Source of the DNA: Amoebophrya sp. A120
Lineage: Eukaryota; Protista; Dinoflagellata
Length of the DNA: 64,000 nucleotides
Assembly: GCA_905178155.1 (NCBI GenBank)
Contig: CAJINV010000001.1
Coordinates: 4,013,329-4,077,328, forward strand
Direction of reading: 5' to 3'
The translations under genes and the position numbers were made by a program. The notes under the pieces are model-generated. The model did no database searches. It worked only from the letters and a program-made list of their open reading frames with translations, and was not told the origin of the DNA. Numbering within the stretch: position 1 is the stretch's first letter; the number at the start of each line of letters is the position of its first letter. This document shows, in pieces, positions 55,485 through 64,000 of this stretch.

Positions 55485-58400
55485 ATGTATTCCCCCGAGA
55501 AGGACAAGCTGACGGGGGCCGCGTACGACAATCTGCCCGGCGGTTTTTGTCCCCCGAAATTCGAGACCAATGGGAAAAACCGGTTTACAAACAAAACCGT
55601 CATCGTGACCGGTGGCGCCGGGAACTTCGGCAAGAGCTGCGCGCTGCGCATGGCGAGCGAGGGGTGCAACATTGCGCTCTGGGATTTGGTTGACGCCAGC
55701 CCGGTCGTGGAAGAGATTAGAAGGAAGTACCCGGAGGTGAATGCAAAGTCCTATCAGCTGAACGTCACGGAGCACGAGAAAGTGGAAGAGGTAGCAAAGC
55801 AGGTAAAGGTAGATTTCGGGAAGATTGACTACCTGTTCAACAACGCCAGTTACCAGGGCGATTTGAAGAAGATGATGAACTGCTTGCGCAGTTCCCTTAT
55901 CATGTGCAAAAGTGTCGCGCTCATAGCAATTGCAATCATGCATTGAAATCTTTTTCTCAAGGTCAATCCGCATCACAAACTTTTTTTTCTCATGTTGAGG
56001 GGATTTGTCATGCAGTTATACATATGTGTGCGATACCTTTGTAATTTATACCCCGGCACGGTACTGCCCGGCAGTTCCTTCAATATCTCAATTTCGGACG
56101 GCACTGAAGTCCCGAACTATTAAGACCTTCACTGTCAAGACACGGGCCGACTTGGTGGAGATACCCACGATGGCCGCGCTCTGTGAGCTGATGACAGTTG
56201 ATGAGGCCCGGGCCTTGTCCGAGTATCTCGAAAGACTTTGCGACAAGCACGGCACTGCCATGGTGGTCGCTGCCTGGAACTCTATGGTCTGTGATTCCTT
56301 CTGCTTTGGGGCCTCCAATTTCTCCGGGGATTTATCAAGGTTCATGCGCAACTCGATGCGTACGGATCTCAAGCTCGAGATCCACAGCCTGTTGCTCCGC
56401 CGCCCGTCCGCTGAGGCCGATGGCGCGGGGACCCAGGGGAGGCCGACCAAGCTCAGAAAACTTGAAGAGGCGCCGAAGAGTTTCTGTTGGTTTCACGCTG
56501 TGGGCATGTGCACGCGCGCGACTTGCAACCAGCCCCACCGGGTGCCGACCGCTGAGGAGCTCAGTGACGTTCTGCCGCGTGTTACAAATTCCGTCCTGCG
56601 TGAAAAGATGGAGAAGAAGCTGGGTGAGTTAAAGCAGCAGTAAGAGGCGCGAGTTTTTGATTTATAAAAAACAAGCACATCCGCTAACGTCCTAGCAATT
56701 TAGCTACTGCCCCGGGGTCTGTCGCCTTTGGGGATAGCATTTTATAACTTTTCGGTCTATCACATGCTTAGTTCCGGGTTTTTCTGCTATGAGCGAGAAT
56801 GCATACACTCGCCTCTGGACCGTCAAACCTTGTTTTACTTGGCACAGTTGATGACAGCGTTAGTGGTGGTGCAATTTTTCTCTGGGTTTTGCCTCTCTCT
56901 CGAGAGCCTGTTGCTGTACTTCATGCGAGTATGTTCTGCCCACCTGGTGGCACATGACTCTACTTCTTTTTCGTGTGGCACGGCGTCTGTGCGCTTCCGT
57001 TTCAAGTGTCGCTGCCCGAGCAGCCTTTGTTTTTCCGAACTTTGGTTTTGGTCTCGCTCTAGTCGTGCTTTCTTTCTTCCTTCGTCGTTTTTCTCTTTTC
57101 TTCTTCTCTTCTTTCTCTTTTGTACTTCCGGGTCTGCGCCCCTTCGTACCAACGGGCCTCTCTCTCTCCGTCATCGGGGTTGTCAGGTATATTTCCGGTC
57201 TGGCGACCCACGTTCGCTTGCTCGGCCCGTTGTTGTCTCCGACAGATCGCGTTATAAAATACCTGTTCAACAACGCCGGTTACCAGGGCGATTTGAAGAT
57301 ACGCTGGCGAAATCTGTCAACAAGACCTTGTTTTCAACAAAACGAAAAAAAAATTCTATATCTAGCGAGCAGGTAAGACAGGTCCACAAAGAACTCGAAC
57401 ACCCCGCACAAGCTCGACGTCCGCCAGGCTGCCCCGGAACCATCGGGTTATGAAAGATAAAACTTAAGTTAGCTAGTGGCGCACAATAACTAGATTAATC
57501 AAGCCAATATGTTCAGAGAAACTCTTATAGCCCCAGCAGAGGACGGCGCCCAGTCCGCGCCCCCCGGCCGTTCGCTCCGCCTGTTTGGTATCCGGATGGG
57601 GTAGTGCCAAGACCTTCCTGCGCCGCCGTTGCGATCGTTCGATACCCCGTCTCAAAACGCTGAACCCCCCGGCTGCAGTATTACATCCTCTCGTCGAACC
57701 ACTCTCGGTCGGTGGATTTTCAAGCCCAACTTGCTGTCCAAGCTGCTACCTCCGCCTCGTCGATCGAACTGTCCGTGAGATGGCTGGAGTTGTTTCTCCT
57801 GCTCGTGTGGTCTATGATAGTCAGCAACGATCGACATCGTAGAAGAGTTGCGAGACGTGCGATAGCGCGTCTGGAATGTTGTGGCACTCAGGCAAGAGCT
57901 CTACAGCTGTGGGTCGTAAGAATTGGCAAGTACTTCGGTTGTTGATGTTCGTGTTTACTGGGGCCGTGAGTGATTCTCTAGACCAATGGCACCGTGGGTG
58001 TAATGAGAGCGAGTTTTGTTGCGTTCGATAGCGACACATCCTGCACCTTTCGAAGCACTAGCTGAAGCTAGACATACCCGATAGAGCAGCATACAATCCG
58101 CCCCCGCCGTTTCTCGTAGAAATAAGACGCAAACACCCCAAATACCCCTCCAAAAGATGGCCACCACGATGATCACTGACCGGCGGATTGTTCCGAACAC
58201 CGTCAAGGCGACGCACTCCAACGCGCTGAAGGAGTGCGACCAGTGGTCGCACTCAAAGCAGTTGCTCTGCAAGTTTTCTGCATGAGGCGGATTTTCGCAT
58301 GACAAGCTTGCATATCGCCCCACCTGGGGAAGCAGTATGTCCTTCAGCTTTTCTGTTGCGGACGCTGCTTCCCAAATGGTCTTCAGGTGTTTTTGCGTAA

Positions 58401-60283
58401 ATTATGCATGCGCACACGATGTGTGCAGGCGTTGCGTACGCCGATCTTTTGGGCGAAATCTTGCATGAAGATATGGCACAAAACGGGGGCACGACCTCGG
58501 TGTTTGTCATGACAAAAGTCCGAATCTGTCATGCATTTTCTCGAATTCTGTCTGTTGTGTTTCTGGGCCAGAAACCGGGCCTGCTCTATCATTTCCAGGC
58601 GCCAAACAATTGCGGTTCATAAGGGGATCCGGAAACAGCGAGACCCGCTCCTGCAGAAGAACGTCGACACCGCGAAAATCCTGGCACAAATTAAAACGGA
58701 CCACGTCGACATCCGAGACGACCGGCTTGTCAAGCTCATCGAAACTGCTCACAAAACGCCCGACCCTTCTCTCCTGACACAGCAGCAGAAACAAGTCTTT
58801 GAACGCTTCGAAAGCGTCATTGAAACTAGTGAGAAGAACAGCAGCTGGCAGAACTATGGGCTCCCCGGGTTACGATTAAAGGTCGTGCTGGACCTGGTGC
58901 AGGCTACCTGTTCAACAACGCCGGTTACCAGGGCGATTTGAAGAAGGCGGAAAGCTACAACCCAGCCGACTTTAAGAAGGTTTTGGACATCAACTGCAAT
59001 GGGGTTTTCTACGTCCTCCAAGCGGTCGCGAACATCATGGCGAAAGACGGTGGGGGCGCGATTGTGAACACCGCGTCCATGGCCGCGCATTCTTATCAGG
59101 GTGATAGCACAACTACAACTCCCTCGCACGACCTCACTGCAGCCGTGTGAGCAGCAAGAAGAACTGTAGTTCTTCTTGCTGCTCACACGGCTGAAGTGAC
59201 CACAGATGTGTTCTTCTTTCTGTTCAACAGAAGCCCTACCACAAATGTATCTCATCTATCTTGCGCATGACAAAGAACAAACACTATCTGAGACTCCACT
59301 ACTACAAGGAGCGTACTTAGTACCTACTCCAACTCTTTAGGGGTACAACTAGTTCCACAATTAGTCCTGCGAGCGGTGCTCAAATTATTCAAGATCTGAA
59401 CTCGGCTTCTTGCATCTCAAATGACGAGGGGCAGGGTGCTGACGTCGAGTTGTGCACTCTGATAAATCTGGCCCGGCGAACATGATCGCGTACGGAACCT
59501 CAAAAGCAGCGGTGCTACATATGACGAAAATCGCGGCCAAGGATTACGCCCCGTCCAACATCCGGGTAAATTCGATCTCCCCTGCATTTATCGGCCCCGG
59601 CTTCATGTGGACACGGCAGGTGGAACTGCAGGCGGCGGCGGGTAGCGTGTACTACGATCCGGACCCGTATCCACTGCAAAAGTATCGTACTCGTAGTAAT
59701 TGCATTTATGCATTACAAATCTCTTTCTCAAGAGAAATCAGCACTACAAATTCAATTTGTAATGCTGGGGGAAAAATTTGTAATGCAACTTATACTAGTT
59801 CTAGTACGATACTTTTGCAATTCATAACCCGAACGTCGTGGCAAAACAGATGGTGGAATCGACGTGGATGCGACGGTATCCCCTGCAAAAGTATCGTACT
59901 CGTAGTAATTGCTATCATGCATGACAAATATCACTCTCTTGGTAAAACAGCATTACAAGTTGCATTCTTCTTCTTGCAAAAATTTGTGATGCAATTTGTA
60001 CTACGGCGATACTTTTGCAATGCATAGCCGCTACGGGCTGATCGAGGAGGTGATCGGGCCGGTCACGTTTCGATCTCCCCTGCGTTTATGCAATACAAAT
60101 TTCCCGTACATGTACAAAATGCATGACAAATCGCACTAACTTGGAGGGTCCAACTTGTGATGCTGAATAAGATTGAAAGCAAGTTTTGTCATGCAGAAAC
60201 ATGTGAATGGGGTCACGTTTCTGCTGTCGGACGACGCGTCGTATGTGAATGGGGTGGATATCCAGATTACGGGAGGAATGTAG
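55485..60283 (+). CDS. Short-chain dehydrogenase/reductase (SDR2), 292 aa if all five interruptions are removed; join(55485..55871,58947..59093,59470..59667,59832..59876,60032..60070,60221..60283)
   Basis: TGGAGNFG, NNA(G/S), NTAS, YGTSK, IRVNSISP and FLLSDDASYVNG. The 879-nt frame is intact after removal. It may be a recently disrupted gene. Confidence 0.8.
55898..56050. mobile_element. Degenerate family-B introner inside insert 1
   Basis: TATCATGTGCAAAAGTGTCGCGCTC ... GTGCGATACCTTTGTAATTTATA; flanking 5-mers decayed (TCCCT/CCCCG). Confidence 0.7.
56170..56643 (+). CDS. 157-aa ORF with a CCCH-type zinc finger, carried within insert 1
   Basis: CWFHAVGMCTRATCNQPH = C-x7-C-x4-C-x3-H; helical N- and C-terminal parts. 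Confidence 0.6.
   Translation: MAALCELMTVDEARALSEYLERLCDKHGTAMVVAAWNSMVCDSFCFGASNFSGDLSRFMRNSMRTDLKLEIHSLLLRRPSAEADGAGTQGRPTKLRKLEEAPKSFCWFHAVGMCTRATCNQPHRVPTAEELSDVLPRVTNSVLREKMEKKLGELKQQ
59094..59464. mobile_element. Introner element, family F-like
   Basis: TATCAGGGTGATAGCACAACT / AGTTGTGCACTCTGATA; direct repeat ATTCT/AATCT; removal gives AAHS|GPANMIAYGTSK. Confidence 0.85.
59668..59826. mobile_element. Introner element, family B
   Basis: Direct repeat ACCCG; removal gives DPDP|NVVAKQM. Confidence 0.9.
59877..60026. mobile_element. Introner element, family B
   Basis: Flanking 5-mers GACGG/GCCGC; removal gives WMRR|YGLIEEV. Confidence 0.87.
60071..60220. mobile_element. Truncated family-C introner with templated fillers and a 10-bp direct repeat
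   Basis: GGTCACGTTT at 60061-60070 and 60211-60220; left TIR at 60087; right TIR missing. Confidence 0.8.
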
Positions 60284-60881
60284 AACGTACCGTAGTTCTT
60301 AATCTTATCGTTATCGATAGATAAAGATACCACGCATAGTACGAGAGAGGTTTTTTCAGTAGAAGAGGGTGCACTTATATTCAAGTTTTTGCGAATCGAT
60401 TTCATCAGTTTGCAGCTTTTTGAGTGGTTTCTGTGGTTGTACAATGATGGTACAGTGACAATGACAAATGAGGACGTATCAAAAAATGATTTGGTATTTT
60501 GTGATCATTGAGGTTTTTCTTCATTGATAAATCCTAGTCGTGTCTGTGTGGGTGCTAGCGTACTTCTACTTCTCGTGTCACACGCTAGATCCTATGCGCT
60601 CAATTGTGATGGAACATGGAACGCGTGTTCGTTCTACGTCACTACAAGAAAAAAAGGAGAGGAGTCTGCATTGAGAGAGGATCATGTTGAGTAGAACTGA
60701 GCGCCAGCGTGTAGCAGTACTAGTAGCGCTTGTTTCGTTATACTGAACTGCATCAGACCGAAAAAGACGAGATAAAGTCAAGATGGCACTTTTGAAACAG
60801 TAAACTTCTAAAGCTTGATTACACACGGCGAGGGGTGAAGCAACTTGGCATAGCGACGCCTAAAACGCACACCGACAACAG

Positions 60882-63610
60882 CCAAAGAGTCGTCCAGCGC
60901 TTCGCTTCCGTCGCTTGCTCTCCAACGAGGTCATGTTTCAGGACCGCGTTCGCCAGCTTGGCATCGACGAGCGCACGGCGCCGTACGATGCGGAAGCTGG
61001 TGCCGTATCAAATGTAAAACTGTATGGGTCTGGAAGATTACAACTTGTCATGCTAAATCTGCAGCATGCAGAAATCTGTGTTGCATGATTACCAAAAGTC
61101 GTCCAGTTTTGACCAAGTCTGGAAGTTGTTTCTCACGCAGGGACTAGGCATTAGAAAGGTCTCGCAGAATCTGTCATGCTAGGTCCTGCATTCCAGACCT
61201 CATGGGTCATGGAAAAGCAGCGTGACAAATCGCGCACTCATCTTCCAGACCCAGACATATTTGCAATCCATATGCCGGGCGGTGGTTCGATTCCAGTGGG
61301 CAGCTGAGCAACGGCAACAGCCCCTCGATGCCCAGCCGAGTGGGAGTGAAATCCAGGAGTAAACAAGGGCTGTTGAGCAACTCGCAAGGAAACTACCCCG
61401 GTTTCGAGAACAATCCAGCCTTTACCTTTAAAGACGCAAGGTCCGCCAGGGACGACGAGCGCGACGATATCGTGACTGGAAGGTATGCGACATTTCAACA
61501 AGATCAAGCCGGACGAGGTGCCTCTCCATCCAGCCCAAAAAACGACCTATTCCGGCAGCGACTCGCGGAGCTGGAACGAACTTTAGAGGGGCCAGTGCCG
61601 GGGTTGGGAACAACCGCGAACAGCAACCGATTCGGCATGCACCCGGCGTTTCGGGAGCAGATTTCCAACTTGCGCGGGAAGCTGATCCACGTCGGCGAGC
61701 GGTTATGAAAGTGCACACGTACCCTTTCCCTTGATTTGTGATGCAAAATTCCAAGTCCAATTGCTGCCTTGTAACACTGTTTGCATGATAGATTCCAGAA
61801 GCTGCCCAAACAGGACTAGTATGGGTGCATGATGAACTTGTAATGCATAGGGTCCACGTGTGGCGGTGTTTGTATTACTGTCCATGCAATACAAACGAGG
61901 GAAAGGGGGAGTTGTGCACGCTCATAGCGGTTCGTCGGCTTCGACAAAAACATGGAGGAACTCGCGCACATGCGGAAGGTGTCCGAGGAAGCGCGGGTGC
62001 AGATATGCATTACAAAAGTATCGCACTAGTATAAACCAGCCATGCTCCGGCTGCCGCCGGAGCGCAAGGCTGTTGGGCCGGGGCAAGACTATTTGCCGAC
62101 CGGACCACAACCCCACGGGCCTATGCACAACGAAACTCACTGCATTCGTGCCGCCGGTTTGCGCCGCGCCAACCCGCAGGACCACTTGCGCGCTTCCCGC
62201 GCCTGCGGGCGCTCTGCGCAGCGAGCAGCGGCAAAGAACGCCGGGGGCGAACAGAAGCCGCTCGGCGGCAGAGGGTAGCGCGAGAGGGTGGCGCGAGAGG
62301 GTAGCGCGGGAGGGTGGCGCGAGAGGGTGCGCGAGAAGGTTTGTGAGAGGGTGGCGCGAGAGGGTGCGCGAGAGGGTGGCGCGAGAGGGTGCGCGAGAGG
62401 GTGCGCGAGAGGGTGGCGGGGACAGGCGCCGAACAAAACAAGTCCGCGAATAGCCTGCAGTGCCAAATAATGGTAGTACCATGCGGATTCGCGCCCACCA
62501 CTTTGTGTCTTTACCCTCTCGCAGACCTCTCGCAGACCCTCTTTTTTGCCTCTTTTGGGGGTCCCCGCTAATAATCCGGCTATACTCGCGAGTAGAGGTC
62601 GACAGAGGTGGCCGAGAGGTGGCCAAGAGGGTCCGCGAGAGGTCGCCCCTTATTCGCGCCACCTCTCTCGACCTCTGTCGACCTCTCGCGCCCCCTCTTT
62701 TTGACATCTCTGCACCCTCTGAGGCACTTAGGCGCCGCCTTAAGGTGGGGCCTTCGGCGGGCTATACTCGCGCACCCTCTCGCCGACCCTCTCGAAAGGG
62801 GTCCCGCGCCACCTCTCCACCTCTGTCGACCTCTTTTTTACCTCTTTTGACCTCTTTTTGACCTCTCGGCCACCTCTTGTTTACCCTCTGTCTACCTCTT
62901 TTTTCGCATGAATATAATATATAGTAACTGCATCACAAATTTTTCAAGAACATCAAAAATGGAATTTGTCATGCTATATCAGGTAGAAAGTTGGAGTTGG
63001 ACTTCTTTGTCATGCATGACTGCAATTAGTACGAGTGCGGTACTTTTGCAGTGGATAACAGAGCATGATAGACGACCTCACCAAGTTGGAGCGGGCACTG
63101 AACACCGAGGTGCGGCGAAGAGTCGACTACACGCGGACGCTGCAGATTGTGACCGAAAACTACGCGAACGAAATGCTGGACAAACTGCAGAAAAAACTCA
63201 TGCGACAAATGGAACAGATCATCGCGGCACTGGATTCCTTGTCTGCGAGGTAAAAATGGAAAGTCTACTTCCAAGTAACATGCGAATCTACTTGTTATAC
63301 TGAATTTCTAGGCCTAGCTACATATGCATTTATTTGGAAGTGCGGCTGCGCAGTAACGAAAGATAGCTGCGGAGGACGAAATTGAATACATTGACATTCA
63401 CAAAATGGATGACGCAGATGCCTCACTCTGGAGCGCGGCATGATGCAGTTCCGCGGCGAGCTCCCATCGAAGCTGATGGTCGAGACGGACGCCATGGCGC
63501 GGCGGGTTGCCGACATGAAGAAGGACCTGCAAGTTGTTGCGGACGAAATCCGGGGTGATGGCTCGGCGGACCGGATGATCGGACAACTAGAGTACGCCAT
63601 TGATCATCAG
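60882..63610 (+). CDS. SF-assemblin/beta-giardin family protein, both ends uncertain; join(<60882..61005,61278..61703,61932..62003,63063..63249,63418..>63610)
   Basis: LTKLERALNTEVRRRVDYTRTLQ coiled-coil signature. The frame is continuous after three IEs and one GT-AG intron, and a further donor lies at 63611. Confidence 0.75.
61006..61272. mobile_element. Introner element, family A
   Basis: TATCAAATGTAAAACTGTATGGGTCTGGAAGA / TCTTCCAGACCCAGACATATTTGCAATCCATA; direct repeat TGCCG. Confidence 0.9.
61704..61926. mobile_element. Introner element, family F
   Basis: TATGAAAGTGCACA / TGTGCACGCTCATA; direct repeat GCGGT; removal gives GER|FVGFDKN. Confidence 0.9.
62004..63057. mobile_element. Introner element, family B (reverse orientation), carrying nested N894
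   Basis: TATGCATTACAAAAGTATCGCACTAGTA ... TACGAGTGCGGTACTTTTGCAGTGGATA; direct repeat GCAGA/ACAGA. Confidence 0.9.
62034..62927 (-). mobile_element. N894 element, copy 2
   Basis: Reverse complement of 11238-12131, same length; I noticed only one substitution. Confidence 0.9.
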
Positions 63611-63896
63611 GTACTACTTGTTTGGTCTCATGCTGGTGCTTGTCCTGCTTTATTGCTGGTGCACGGGCGTCAGCGGATGAAGTGGAAGATGATGAAACAG
63701 TCTCCACACGCAAGATTTCCAAATCCAATAAGAGATTGACCTTCTACTTATATCCGGCGCTACGAGCACTGCGAAACTAACTTTAACTTAAACTTTTGGC
63801 AGGGATAACCTTTTCACAAACACAAATTAAGGAAAAGCAATTTCGTCTTAATATGTCAGATGGAGCGGTTGTACACCGAGGGCGATACGGTATACG

Positions 63897-64000
63897 GCCG
63901 CGGGTGGACGGGTTGGAGAGGCCGATGACCAAATCGCCCCGAGATCGCGATCTCGAGCCGATTTGGTCGGCCGCGGATGGACGGGTTGGAGAGGCCGATG
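63897..64000. repeat. Start of another GC-rich repeat element, cut by the window end
   Basis: GGCCGCGG(G/A)TGGACGGGTTGGAGAGGCCGATG occurs twice, around a GAGATCGCGATCTC palindrome. Confidence 0.5.

Larger units (their letters stand above)
55829..58946 (+). repeat. Three copies of a 40-43-bp SDR exon segment separated by unrelated 1.4- and 1.6-kb inserts
   Basis: (C)TACCTGTTCAACAACGCC(A/G)GTTACCAGGGCGATTTGAAGA(AG) at 55829-55871, 57260-57299 and 58904-58946. Confidence 0.95.

Noticed and set aside
55790-58905. Canonical GT-AG intron removing the SDR2 inserts (donors GAG|GTAGCA, CAG|GTAAAG, AAG|GTAGAT; acceptor TGCAG at ~58902)
   Set aside because: The donors are phase 0 while this acceptor needs phase 1, so the frame would break.
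55829-58946. CRISPR array (also considered for the six 38-bp repeats at 35032-41230)
   Set aside because: The spacers are kilobase-sized and irregular, the SDR repeat is exon sequence, there are no cas genes and the context is eukaryotic.
1-64000. Autonomous transposase, reverse transcriptase, Rep/helicase, tRNA, rRNA or spliced-leader relic
   Set aside because: None was recognised by eye. A profile search and tRNAscan/Infernal would be needed to exclude divergent cases.

Overview
This is eukaryotic, intron-containing DNA with all recognisable genes on the + strand. Its architecture most resembles the parasitic dinoflagellate relatives (Syndiniales, e.g. Amoebophrya); this assignment is an inference. 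I reconstructed 13 spliced or single-exon host gene models and one truncated pseudogene by hand. They include alpha-tubulin acetyltransferase, a Trm13-like methyltransferase, two SDRs, a SPATS1-like protein, a ~2350-aa disordered protein, a REF-N-motif protein, an RIIa/D-D-domain micro-protein, a cNMP-binding protein, a J-like protein, an EF-hand protein and SF-assemblin. Besides ordinary GT-AG introns, 25 exon-interrupting non-canonical 'introner' elements (IEs) from about 8 families are present. Each runs TAT...ATA with terminal inverted repeats and a 5-bp direct repeat, and removing it restores the reading frame. Two less expected layers sit on top. (1) A near-identical 894-bp element with a Helitron-like 3' end inserted twice, apparently independently, at the same site inside one introner family, and an unrelated element uses the same site. 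(2) Several 0.8-1.6-kb inserts are bounded by unusually long 35-43-bp direct repeats of target DNA. They include a repeat-insert-repeat-insert-repeat array inside an SDR exon that carries a CCCH zinc-finger ORF, and a six-copy 38-bp site that has collected copies of neighbouring gene segments. No transposase, reverse transcriptase, tRNA, rRNA or CRISPR array was recognised. Coordinates were counted by hand and may be off by a few bases.
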